A DNA stretch of 64,000 bases, from positions 11,159,360-11,223,359 of the forward strand of contig NC_043019.1 in the NCBI RefSeq assembly GCF_006345805.1, written 5' to 3'. A program made the translations under genes and the position numbers. The first letter of the stretch is position 1. Each line of letters begins with the position of its first letter. This document shows positions 24,901-37,742 of this stretch, in pieces. The DNA is from Octopus sinensis. Taxonomy: Eukaryota. The notes under the pieces were generated by a model that saw only the letters and a list, made by a program, of their open reading frames with translations, was not told the origin of the DNA and ran no database searches.

Positions 24901-25811
24901 ATAATAATAATAATGATAATAATAATAACAATGAGTTCACTGTGAAACAGAAATATGAGGAATGGTTTAATCATCATAAAGCAAATGTCAGAAATGGCAA
25001 CATATGCATCTTGGACAGATTTAAATGCCAAACTTATCTACAAAGAATTCTTTGCTGAAAATGTCATGTAGGTTCATTAGCGGACATGTCATTTTTTTTT
25101 TTTTTTTGAGGTGCTAACCAAGAACTGAAGACAGCTTTGAATAAGGTGATAAAAAAAACATAAAACAAAAAACCAAAAAAAAAAAACACAAGAAAATGAA
25201 GAAAAATGAATAAATACTCTATATATGACCAGTTACAATGTTGTAGGAGTGAATCTGGATAAATAGTGTTTATAGGGTCAGACTAAATAACTAATTAAAG
25301 CATTGGTATGGCCGTGTTGTTAAAAGATCACTTTGCAATCATGTGATTTCAGCTCCAGTCCCTCTGTACAGCACCTTGCACAAGTATCATATTCTACAGC
25401 CTTAGGCTGACAATGTCTTGTAAGTGAATTGGAACCTGGTAAACAGAAATTGAAAGAAGCCTTTGGTGTATATGTGTGTACATATATATGTATGTGTAAT
25501 CATCATCATCATCATCATTGTTTAGCGTCCGCTTTCCATGCTAGCATGGGTTGGACGGTTCAAACTGGGGTCTGGGAAGCCAGGAGGCTGCATCAGGCCC
25601 AGTCTGATCTGGCAATGTTTCTACGGCTGGATGCCCTTCCTAACGCCAACCACTCTGTGAGTGTATATGAATATATATAATTATATATCAAATATGTAAC
25701 AAGGATGTCAAGGTATTAATGCAATATGGCTGTTTCAGGCATCTCCATTTAATCGAACAATGCAACCATTATATCAATTTAAAATACAGCACCATCTTCA
25801 GTTGCAAAAAG

Positions 25812-25980
25812 ATGGATTTTCAACAGACAGGATAACCTAATATAATTTTTTGCAAATATTTCATCAGAGCTAGAGAATGAAAGAATTCCATGCTGCCACT
25901 ATTGTAGAAGAAATAAACTAAACTTTGATAAAATATTTGCAAAAACTTATATTAGGATATCCTGTCTGTTGAAAATCCAT
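25812..25980. repeat. 50-bp inverted repeat (48/50 identical) with 69-bp spacer
   Basis: atggattttcaacagacaggataacctaat... versus ...attaggatatcctgtctgttgaaaatccat. Confidence 0.9.
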
Positions 25981-26038
25981 ATATATAAATAAACCTTCAG
26001 ACAGATAGTCAGCAGCGATGCCTACTGGGTTTGGTTAC

Positions 26039-26081
26039 TCCACATTGAGAAGGGGCAATTACCCCGAAACTAGTCTGTGGA
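26039..26081 (+). ncRNA. Degenerate minimal type I hammerhead ribozyme fold (Penelope-like context)
   Basis: tccaca-TTGAGAA-gggg caatta cccc-GAA-actagt-C-tgtgga: stems I and II pair perfectly, stem III is palindromic; the core deviates from CUGANGA. Confidence 0.6.
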
Positions 26082-26344
26082 TGTTGAACCAGCAGGGGAA
26101 GCTGCTGACCTCCCCTGTACAAAGTTTGTAATGGACACAAGTTTGTGTGTCACATAGTAAGCTACAGGCGATGGACACTTGGAGCTAATCAACGGCAGCA
26201 TTCGTCCTATTTATCTGGACTGCCATGTTAGCTTGTCGATAACTATTAATATCCAGCACTGCTGCCTTAGTCTCCTTTGGAGAGATTTAGGAATATTAAT
26301 ATTTCAATAATAATATTTTCTACTAAAAGCACAAGGCCTGAACA

Positions 26345-26455
26345 TTTGGGGGGGGGGTATAATCGATTACATTTGGGGGGGGGTATAATCGATCACATTT
26401 GGGGGGGGTATAATCGATCACATTTGGGGGGGGGGTATAATCGATCACATCGATT
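26345..26455. repeat. About 26-bp tandem repeat, 4 copies
   Basis: catttgggggggg(g)tataatcgat(c/t)a repeated with a variable G run. Confidence 0.9.
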
Positions 26456-26544
26456 AACTTTCGTTCTCCATGCTTGGATGGTTTGACTGAGGTCTGGATA
26501 GCCAGGGGCTGCACCAGGCTCCAGTCTGGTCTGGCAGAGTTTCT

Positions 26545-26925
26545 CATTTCTTTATTGCCCACAAGGGGTAAACATAGAGGGGGGCAACAAGGACAGACAA
26601 AGGGATTAAGTCGATTACATCGACTCCAGTGCGTAACAGGTACTTAATTTATCGACCCCGAAAGAATGAAAGGCAAAGTCGCCCGAGGTGGAATTTGAAC
26701 TCAGAACGTAACGGCAGACGAAATCCTTATTTCTTTATTACCCACAAGGGGCTAAACATAGAGGGGACAAACAAGGACAGACATAAGTATTAAGTCGATT
26801 ACATCGACCCCAGTGCATAACTGGTACTTAATTTATCGACCCTGAAAGGATGAAAGGCAAAGTCGACCTCAGCGGAATTTGAACTCACAACGTAGCGACA
26901 GACGAAATAACCGTCAAGCATTTTA
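26545..26925 (-). mobile_element. SINE family A tandem dimer
   Basis: Two consecutive - strand copies joined at gacgaaatccttatttctttattac. Confidence 0.8.
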
Positions 26926-29900
26926 ATAAAAGCATTAATAATAATAATAATAATCCTCCACTCCTATAAAAAAAAAAAAATCACTAAATTGAATGGATTT
27001 TTTTCTCGGAATAATTTATATCGGTTGACAAAAAATGTATGTACACCGCCCCCTAAAAGTTTCTAAAGGGAAAGAGAAAAAAATAAGGAAAAAGTTATAT
27101 TTAAAATAATTCATGATGGAAAAAAAAATTGTTATTTTTCTTTTTAAATTAAAATGCCTTTAATGAGGCATCGTGTTTTAATGAAAATTAATCTAAACCC
27201 ATTTGATTATTATTTTTTTCTTTTAGTTCCTTCGCTTCATTCATTTCCTGGGGAACAGGTTTAAAAATATGGCGGGAACGTCTACGTTGCGCCAACGTTA
27301 GACAGAAAGCAAACCGCTTTATTCTGTTTATAAACAACCGTTTTATATTCTTATACACTCGTTTTATATTTCCATATCGCTGTATATATATATTTATTTA
27401 TAGGTAAGTGTTGTTGTTTATATCTTGTTTGGAATTGTATTCAGTTTTTATGTAACAGCAACGTGTCTTTTATGTAACAACAACGTGTCTTGGATTTTAG
27501 CTGTGGAAATGCTACAAACATTTTATTGAATGTATTACACACCTTCCGTGAACTTATAAATCCATGTACAATTTTAAAATTGCTGACGAATTAGGAAAAT
27601 ATATTAAAAATTCAGATTAGTTTTCGATTTCCGCAGTTCACGTGTAAGTTAATCAGCTGACTCATTTTCTATGTTTTTTTTTTTTGGGAGGGTTTATAAA
27701 CCATTTACCAGCGGCCCCTAACCCTTTTTTTTTTTGCACCATAGAACCAGGTTTATGATGCAAGACAATTTTTTTCCACGTACCGGAGGGGAGGGTCACG
27801 CGCATAGCAAAACAATGAAATGCATAATGTGTAATTTAACTATTACGTAAATGCCAAAACACCTGCAGACTGCAATAGTCAATGAAATAGAAATAAGATT
27901 CTAAAATTTATTCTTTCTGTGTGCCCGGATACAAATTGATCCACGAATCGGTGATTGGGGTCCCTGCTATATACGATAATAATTAAGGAATACAGGAATG
28001 TTGTAGTTGTTTAGCCACGGGCCCGTCCTATCTCGTCCAGACATAAGTGGCAATCTCATATTCGTAATAGCGTTGAAAGCATATAAAATAGGAAAAAAAT
28101 ATGGCATAACTACAGTTTAGAGCCCCCATCAACTTTGTTTCCACATAATTATCTGTAGACTGTATATTTATGTAATTTTGCAGAAATATATTTTCGAGGG
28201 TAAAGATTATGATCTTGATAAAATTTCTCAAAAAATTTTTTTATTAAGTTTTGTTTTAACGATTTTCTTATCCTCAGTTTGCCTAACTTTCGTATTTTTC
28301 AATTTTCTCCTGCTGTCTATGTTTGAAACTTCAAAATTACGTAATCTACTCTCCAGGAAATGTGTTTTTGTAATGCACCATTAAAAATTATGAACTTTAA
28401 AGAAAGTAAAGTCGTGAGTGGTTGGGATGATCTGAAAATCCGGCTATGAAACGTTGCCAAAAATCTTTCTCTCGCCCAACAGTTAATGATATTAATATAA
28501 TCGCAATGCATACCGCCGAAAACGATCTCTGCAAAATGTCATTAAAAAAAAAAAAAGTTATAAGAAAACCGTGGGCGGGGCACCAATCTGTTGTTAGTTA
28601 CACCTAAATTATCGATTTTATTTTTATACGTACAGCAATGTGTAAAAAATTTTAGGCAGAATTCTCGTTTAAGCATCCCATATAACCCTCAATTTTTTTT
28701 TTGTTTGAAATTTTCAGAAATTTTTTGCGAATTTGTTATTCTACACACGGGAATTGATACGACTATGAAAAAAAAAAATTATTTTTTCGATATTTAAAAA
28801 AAAAAAATGTATTTTTTAATTTTTCGAATTTTTAAAAAAATCAAAGTTCAGTATACGGACAGTCCGAATTTTTTTGTTAAATCCCAGCAACAGACCATTA
28901 AGTGTGTTTATGGGGAGAAAGATATTGGAAAACATCAATACATCAAACTGACAAACAAACGAGGAGGATATCAGGTGGTCGTGAGATGCGCTAAAAATAA
29001 CAGCTAAATAACCCTTAAACCATAGAAAATATTTCTTTTTGTGGTTTTTGCATAATCATGTGAATTCCCGTGTCTGGAACACAAATTTTCTGAGAATCCC
29101 ATGAAATAAAAAAGTTATGAGTGGTAATATGGGGTACTGGTGCTACATAAAAGGTACCCAGTCCACTCTTGGATGTGTGTGTGTGTGTGGAGGGCCTAGG
29201 ATTCTCTATATATGTCTCGTAAGAAGTTTGCTTCCCAAGAACATGGTTCTGGGTTCAGTTCCATTTGTGGAACCTTAAGCAAGTGTCTTCTACAATTGCC
29301 TCAGGCCAACCAAAGCCCAGTGAGTGGATTTCGTAGACAGAAACTGAAAGAAGCCTGTTAGATATATGTATATTTGTGTGTGTTTGTGCCAACCACATGG
29401 TTCCAGGTTCAGTCCCCACTGCATGGGACCTTAGGCAAATGTTTTCTACTATAGCTTTGGGTTGACCAAAGCCTTGTGAGTGGATTTGGTAGATGGAAAC
29501 TGAAAGAAGCCTGTCGTGTGTGTCTTTGTGTCTGTGTTTGTCTCCCACCACCATTTGACAATGGCATTCGTGTGTTTATATCCCTCTAGCATAGCTGTTC
29601 AGCAAAAAAAAAAGGTACCAATAGAATAAGTGCCAGGTTAAAAAAAGAAAGTGCTGGGGTCGATTCATTCGACTGAAGTTTTTCCAGGCAGTGCCCCAGT
29701 ATGGGCGCAGTTTAATGACTGAAACAAGTAAAAGATAAAAAAAATCTCTTCCATGTTTGCATAGGATGGACAAAATTTTGTCGAGGAAGATTTTCTGCTG
29801 CCGGATGCTCTTCCTGTCACAAACCTTACCCTGTTTCCAATCAAGGTAATATTTTTTCCCACGACCAGACATGCTTTCACAGGAGATGAACAAAAGACAC

Positions 29901-29984
29901 CATTTGCATGAGTGTTACTTTCATTTACATATAACATGCGATATCAAGGCAAGGAGTCAGTAGCACAGATCTCCCACCACCCTG

Positions 29985-30265
29985 TGTAATGTCAGTGTGC
30001 ACATACGACAGTGTAGGCATCTTGAGAGAAAAATTTGGCATAAGAGACATCAGATGTATGCAAGAGAGAAGACTCTGCTCATATCGACATGATGTGTATG
30101 GACAAGGACAGTTGTGTAAAGAAGTGCTGATCTCTAACTGTGGAGGGAAGCTGTGGAATGGGTAGACCCAGGAATACATGGGATGAGGTGGTGAAGCATG
30201 GTCTTCAGATGTTGAGTCATGCAGAGGTAATGACAAATGATTGAGACCTTTGACAATTTGCTGTG
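29985..30265 (+). mobile_element. Degraded RTE LINE 3' fragment
   Basis: Same C-terminal motifs as 52786 (QERRL..., DKDSCVKKC, GRPRNTWDEVVKH). Confidence 0.75.
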
Positions 30266-30399
30266 CTTGGTTGGCCAAGTGAAATCATAGTTTTGCCCAG
30301 TGCCAGTGACATGTAAAAGGTACCCACTACACTCTTGGAGTAGTTGGCATTAAGAAGGGCATCCAGCTGTAGAAACCAAGCCATGGCTGATCTGGAACC

Positions 30400-30580
30400 C
30401 AACCTAGGCCCCCATATCTACGGTATTTGCCGCTGGAATAAGGAGTGGTTGGCGATCATGCAGTCGTTAGCCTCAAATCGCCAGGCCTGGTCGGCGTTTG
30501 TAAGAGATGCAGCATTGAGGATGAATGAAGCCAGCTCAACCCACCCCGGGTGAATGCTGTCTCAAGACAAGAAGAGGAAG
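30400..30580 (+). mobile_element. 3' end of a different RTE-like LINE
   Basis: LEPNLGPHIYGICRWNKEWLAIMQSLASNRQAWSAFVRDAALRMNEASSTHPG*, resembling RTE C-termini (A.DR..W...V.D...TRPG*). Confidence 0.65.
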
Positions 30581-32729
30581 GAGCCTTGTGCAGCTCCCTG
30601 TTCAAGTCAAACCATCTAACCCACGCCAGCATGGGAAACGGACACTAAATGGTGATGATGACGATTATGTATGTATCTATATATACAAACTGGTAGAAAG
30701 GCCCCACCCCCTCCCACAACTCCCTCCTAACTGAAGGAGTTTTTGTTATGCAAGTTACTTGGTGACCTTGTCTGTGCTGGTGCCACATACAAAGGGCACC
30801 CAGTACACTCTGTAAAATAGTTGGCATTAGGAAGGGATCCGGCTGTAGACACCTTGCCGAAGCAGACAATGGAGCCTTGTGCAGCTCTCTGTTCAAGTCA
30901 AACCATCCAAACCGTGCCAGCATGGGAAACGGACACTAAATGATGATGATGATTATGTATGTATCTATATATAAACTGGTAAAAATTTGAAGCCAGAATA
31001 GGCCTCTTTCTGTGTAACGGATCCACTCACAAGGGCTTTGGTCAGTAAAAGACACAAGCCCAAGGTGTTATGCTGTAGGATTGAACCCAGAACCATTGTG
31101 GTAGGGAAGCAAACTTCTTATCACACGGCCACGCCCGGTCAGTTTGCAAAAATGAATAAACACGGAATGAGCATCTACGACGCAGTGGTTTGTCAAAGAT
31201 AATCTATCGAACAAAATCAGCTGATGCAGAATACCGATATCTTGTCAGAGAAGTTTGCGCTTTCATTATTGGTCAACATTTAGGACAAATGATTTCATAG
31301 TACTTTCTTCTTTTTCTTTTAATCTGCCCTTCTGGCAAATAAAACAAGTCATTATTGTTGTTGTTGTTTTGTTTTGTTTTAATAATCAGGACTGTCTGTC
31401 CAAGCCATGACCACTTCCACAGTGCCAGGAACTGTGTACTTTTGGTTTGGTGCCAATTGTTTTTTCATTCAGACCTGCTTAGCTATTGGCAGCTTGCAAA
31501 ATTGGATGCTGAATTGGTAATGGCAGCAGTGATGGTGATGATGATGGTGGTGGCGATGATGATGGTGGTGGTGGTGGTGGTGGTAGCTTTGTTGGTGATG
31601 ATATTAATAAAGAAGTAGTGATGATGTTAGACTTGGCAGTGATGGTCATGTTAGGATTGGACACAGTAGTATTCTTAGTATTGGTGGTGATATTAATAAA
31701 GAGGTAGTGATGATGTTAGTATGGTGGTGGTGGTGGTCACGTTGGGATTGAACATGGTGGTGGTAGCTTTGTTGGTGATAATATTAATAAAGAAGTACTG
31801 ATGGTCATGTTAGGATTGGATATAGTAGTATTCTTAGTATTGGTGGTGATATTAATAGAGGTAGTGATGATGTTAGACTTGGCAGTGATGGTCATGTTAG
31901 GATTGGACACAGTAGTATTCTTAGTATTGGTGGGGATATTAATAAAGAGGTAGTGATTATGTTAGTATTGATGGTGGTGGTCACGTTGGGATTGAACATA
32001 GTGGTGGTGGTAGCTTTGTTGGTGATGATATTAATAGAGGTAGTGATGATGATAAAATTGGTGGTGGTGGTCATGTTGTGATTGGTCACAGTAATATTCT
32101 TAGTATTGGTCGTAGCTTTTTGTTCATGATGGTGTTAGAATTGGCAGTGATGGTCATGTTGGGGATTGGACATAGTAGTATTTCTAGTGGTGGTGGTGGC
32201 GGCATAAATGATAATGATAGTCATGGCAGGAGTATTGGTAGTAGTATTAGCAGTAGTATTAGAGATGGTAGTGATGGGGAAGTTTTAATGATTATTTCGA
32301 TGGTAGTGAAATAATAGTAGTAGTAGCAGCAGCAGTAGTAGTAGTTGTAGTGGTAGTAGTATTGATGGTGGTGGTGTTGATGTTGGCAATTACAGCAACA
32401 TAGTGCTCACAGTGTGTTGGTAGTTTCTACCCTGTTGTGATGATGATAATGTATCAATCATCTCCATAGCAACACAAATAAATGAACTCGTGTTTTTTAT
32501 TATTTATTTTTTTATTGTCTGTTTATAGGTGCGGACATGGCTGTGTGGTTAAGAAGCTTGCTTTGAAACCACATGGTTTCAGGTTCAGTCCCACTGCATT
32601 GCAAATGTCTTTGGGGAAGTGTCTTCTGCTAGAGCTGGGGCTGACCAATCCCTTAGCAATGGATTTGGTTGTATGTGTATATGCATGTGTGTGTGTATAT
32701 ATATATATATCTTTTTTTCTCTTTTTCTC

Positions 32730-32927
32730 TCTTTTACTTGTTTCAGTCATTTGACTGCGGCCATGCTGGAGCACCGCCTTTTAATCGAGCAACTTGACTC
32801 CGGGACTTATTCTTTTTGTAAGCCCAGTACTTATTCTATCGGTCTCTTTTGCCGAACCGCTAAGTAACAGGGACATAAACACACCAGCATCGGTTGTCAA
32901 GCAATGCTAGGGGGACAAACACACACA

Positions 32928-32965
<38 letters not shown>

Positions 32966-33124
32966 TACGACGGGTTTCTTTCAATTTCCGTCTACCAAAT
33001 CCATTCACAAGGCTTTGGTTGGCCCGAGGCTATAGTAGAAGACACTTGCCCAAGGTGCCACGCAGTGGGACTGAACCCGGAACCATGTGGTTGGTAAACA
33101 AGCTACTTACCACACAGCCACTCC
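32730..33124 (-). mobile_element. SINE family B, full length
   Basis: Reverse complement of the 13935 copy. Confidence 0.87.
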
Positions 33125-33143
33125 TATATATATTATATATGCT

Positions 33144-33177
<34 letters not shown>

Positions 33178-33741
33178 AAAAGATATATATCACAATCACA
33201 GGTGACAAAGATGCCTAATGGTAGATATTGGAACTACAATGCAGTATGAGCTCCAAAAGACCAATAAGACAACACAGCTGATTTCATGATTTCATTCACT
33301 AAGCTACACTACTTTATGGTGTGTATCTTAACATTTACTGTACATATTTTAATATGATTTTTATATGATAGCCCCTCATATTCTTTATATATATATGTGT
33401 TTGTGTGTACCCTTGTCTTGACATCCTGTGATGATTGTAAATTAGCCTCACTATCATACCAGTGGCATTTTTCAATGAAGCCCATTGTGTGTGTATGTGT
33501 GTAGGCACAGACATGGCTGTGTGATATGAAGTCTGCTTCCCAATCACATGGTCCTCGGTTCAGTCCCACTGCATGATACCTTTGGCAAGTGCCTTCTACT
33601 ATTGCCACAGGCCAGCCCAAACCGTATGAATGGATTTGTTAGACAGAAACTTGGAGAAATCTGTTTTAGTTATTTATTATTTATTTAAAGTACTTTTTCT
33701 GTTGAATTTTTTATCACAGATCAGTACATTCGGCATTTGAC

Positions 33742-33918
33742 ATGATAGATCGCTAGCCACTACACATTCTTGATTTTTTCTCCTTGTTTCTTTCTATGTT
33801 CCTTTCTGTTGAAGAGCGTAGGCTCGAAATGTTAAAGACTTTTTCACTTCCCGAACGTTATACTAATACATGTTTGTTGTCTACACCACCTGTCTTTGTC
33901 TTTTGCTTTTTTGCGAAT

Positions 33919-33945
<27 letters not shown>
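33742..33945 (+). mobile_element. Penelope-like pseudo-LTR remnant with hammerhead-like motif (33802-33837), abutting (TC)/(TA)n
   Basis: cttt-CTGTTGA-a-gagc gtag gctc-GAA-atgt-T-aaag; homologous copy at 37555-37745. Confidence 0.55.
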
Positions 33946-33993
<48 letters not shown>

Positions 33994-35035
33994 TTGTGTG
34001 TAACTAACAGATGTGTTTGTACATCAGTTACCAAATTTAGTGGTAAGATGTGAAGGGTCATCATATGTAAGGTTCTCACATTGGAGGTACCAGTTGTATT
34101 GTACAGATGAAAAGTTACTTGATGTAGACATTGTTCTGTGCCGGGTCATATGTAACTAGTCAAAAGCAGGATGAAACAGTGTAATAAGATTGCAGAGGAA
34201 AGGAATAATATTCACAAATTTATTTGCTGGCAGTGTTTAGTAAGATATTCATAGTAGTAATTGACAGTTGTATTGGTATGTTGGTTGCTTGCAGGTAGTG
34301 ATAGTGTGGAAACTGTGCGTTCTGCTGACAGAGAGGTAGACAGAGTAAGGATTACGTTGTCCCTTTCCAGATGCTATTCTGTGTGGGAAGCCAATTGCTC
34401 CCAGTTGGAGGTTTGCCAACCGAAGAGGGCAAGTGAGATATGATCTTGGTTATATAGGGTATAGCCAGGAAGTAGGTCAAACCTGAAACAAAGGACTGAC
34501 CCTTCGGTGACCATCAAAGGTCGGAGGAGGTCAGAGGTTTCTCATTAATTTCCCAACATGGAGATAAAACACAAAGGAATCAGATAGTTGTTTGACAAGC
34601 AACAAGTGTGTAGATTTGGTTTCAAATCTCAGGCAGGGCTAGGTGAGCTCCTACCTATATATATATATATCATCGTTTAAAGTCCGCTTTCCATGCTAGC
34701 ATGGGTTGGACGATTTTGACTGAGGGCTGACGAACCAGATGACTGCACCAGACTCCAATCTGATCTGGCAGAGTTTCTACAGCTGGATGCGCTTCCTAAC
34801 GCCAACCACTCTGAGAGTGTAGTGGGTGCTTTTATGTGCCACCAGCACGAGGGCCAGTCAGGCGGTACTGGCAACGACCTTGCTTGAATCCTTTTACACA
34901 TACCACCAGCACAAGTGCAGTATATATATATATATATATTTCAACAATTGAGGGTAAAAATTAATTAATTATTAATCAATTTCACCAAGTATTCAGTATG
35001 TAAAGGGACCATTATAGGCGAATTCAAAATATTAC

Positions 35036-35266
35036 ATTATATATAAGGGCTTAGTAAAATAAATTACTTAGCCACATACTGAACTCATTAGAAATAGCAG
35101 CTAAAGAAATTTCTTCAGCTATTTCTAATACTTAAAGAAGATCTCTCTCAGATAGAGAGAGAGATCTTTAAGTATTAGAAATAGCTGAAGAAATTTCTTT
35201 AGTGCTATTTCTAATGAGTTCAGTATGTGGCAAAGTAATTTATTTTACTAAGCCCTTATATATAAT
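35036..35266. repeat. About 230-bp near-perfect palindrome in a (TA)n context
   Basis: Arms of about 114 bp with 1 mismatch and 2 small indels, about 7-nt loop. Confidence 0.93.
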
Positions 35267-36170
35267 ATATATATATATATATATACACACACATACAGCA
35301 GGCTTCTTTCAGTTTATATCTACCAGATCCACTCACAAGGCTTTGATGGACTCGAAGCTATAGTAGAAGACACTTGCCTAAGGTACCATGCAATGGGACT
35401 GAACCCAGAACCATGTGGTTGACAAGCAAGCTTCTTACTACACAGCCATATCTTTATATGTGCACACATGTTTGTATATATATATATGTGTGCATATATT
35501 TGTGTCACTGTCATACAAGCAGTTTCCACTCTTTGAAATCCTGTCTGGTCTTGGGGAAATACTACCTTTCTTCGAAACAGGTGAGGGTTGCTGATAGGAT
35601 GGGCATCCAGCTGTAGAAAATCTGCCTCAGCCAATTCCATCTGATACTTGCAAGCATAGCGAAGTGGATGTTAAATAATGAGGACACTGTGATGTTATAT
35701 ACACACCTAATTACACAGAAGGGGGCAAGCTGGCAGAAACGTTAGCACGCCAGGCAAAATGCCTTGCGGTATTTCGTCTGCCGTTACGTTGTGAGTTCAA
35801 CTTTGCCTTTCATCCTTTCAGGGTCGATTAAATAAGTACCAGTTAATCACTGGGGTCGATGTAATCAACTTAATCCCCTTGTCTGTCCTTGTTTGTCCCC
35901 TCTATGATTAGTCCCTTGTGGGTAATAAAGAAATATATATACATACCTATACATACACCACACATACATACATGGTTTATGTATAACATGCATGTATTGT
36001 TGTACATCAAATACAGGGCAGACATGTTTTATTGGATTCTGTTGTATTTCATTATATTTTAATCATAATCTTCTTTGAAATTGTGTTTGTGTGTTTATCT
36101 GTGTGTGTGTGTGTGTCTGCATGTGTTTATGTATTTTATTGTGTACATATAGTTTGTTTTTCATGTGTAA

Positions 36171-36707
36171 TCTCTATATATAAAGCTGAAGTTGTCTGTA
36201 TGGCAGGTTCTGAGTTCAAATTCCGCCTCGATATGGTCGATAAATTAAGTACCAGTTACGCACTGGTGTCGATATAATCGACTTAATCCGTTTGTCTGTC
36301 CTTGTTTGTCCCCTCTGTGCTTAGCCCCTTGTGGGTAGTAAAGAAATAGGTTTTGTAGCCTTCAACTAACACTATCTCCTCTGAGACCCTGCATCGCAAG
36401 TTGACCAAAATTGAGAGTATGATAGAAGAAGGCTTGCTCTTCCTTCTGTAGAAGATAAAATTCAAATCGGACCATGTTAACACCAAAAATTGACATCAAA
36501 ATGATGCTTTTTTTTTCTATGAAAATCCCTATTTTTTTACAATGTTTTGACTGCTGTGTCGCCATTTTTCGGTGTATTTTAACCAGAAAAATGTTCACTT
36601 ATAGAGAATAACAAGCTACATAATGCAAAATTTTTACTTTTCAAAAATTCCAATTCTAAAGGGTCGAAAAGAAAACAAACCCGAGCAACGCTGGGCTATA
36701 CCGCTAG
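36171..36707 (+). mobile_element. Helitron H1 copy carrying a SINE-A fragment
   Basis: A|TC...CTAG|T; SINE piece at about 36209-36348 between ggcaggtt and aggtttt/ggtagcc. Confidence 0.8.
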
Positions 36708-36768
36708 TATATATATTAAACTGAAAAATCATTCAATGACTTTCAATTGCATATTTCAATGTGTGTCG

Positions 36769-36822
<54 letters not shown>

Positions 36823-37554
36823 GTATATGGGAGCATGTATTAGTGTGTGTGTATATATACATTTGTGTATATACACGTCTGTGTATTTGTGTATGTTGAG
36901 GCACGTTTGTGTATGTGTGGGCCATTGTCTTCAGCGATTCATTAGAGTAGATACTGCGCACATTCTTCTCTCCTGCATCAGTTGCATGTTGTATGCACTT
37001 ATACGTGCATCTCCTTAACAGGATATGCAATTAGCATTGTGCATGTGTTGCACGGCAACATCAAACTAACATCTGTGATTAGTGTTGCAATTGTTTTGCA
37101 TCAATTCATGCTTGCAATTTCATGTGTGCACTCAAATGCATCAAGCCGCCTATTGTTGCAGTAGTGTTGTGTTTTCGCTGTTGTTCTCTGCATGTGGGGG
37201 AGTTGTGGTACCAGGTGATGCAGGAAGTGTTTCAACATGTAGGTGTGCATTGTGGGAGGGAACAGGTAACAGTGGTGGTGGTGGTGGTGGTGATAGTGGT
37301 TGAGGGATTATTTCTCGTTTGATTGAATACAATGTAATGTTTTCCTGTGTGTAGCATATACATACTTGATATATATATATATAATGTATACGTGCAGGAG
37401 TGGCTGCGTGGTAAGAAGCTTGCTTCCCAACCACATGCTTTCGGGTTCAGTCCCACTGCATGGGCAAGTGTCTTCTACTATAGCTTCAGGCTGACCAAAA
37501 CCTTGTGAGTGGATTTCATAGACGGAAACTGAAAGAAACCTGTCCGGCAGAAGC

Positions 37555-37742
37555 CATGATAGATCGGTAGCCACCACATACATTTTTTTTCTCTCCTTGT
37601 TTTTTTTCTGTGCCCCTTTCTGGTAGAAGAGCGTAGGCTCGAAATGTAAAAGACTTTTTCAATTTCCTAAGCGTTATACTAATACATCTGTTTGTTTTGT
37701 ACACCATCTGTCTTCGTCTTTTGTTTTCTTCATGAACTTTCC

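Noticed and set aside
34030-34650. Penelope GIY-YIG/RT remnant on the - strand
   Set aside because: Only a vague CNLI.C similarity after assumed frameshifts, and it is opposite in orientation to the neighbouring hammerhead; not supportable by eye.
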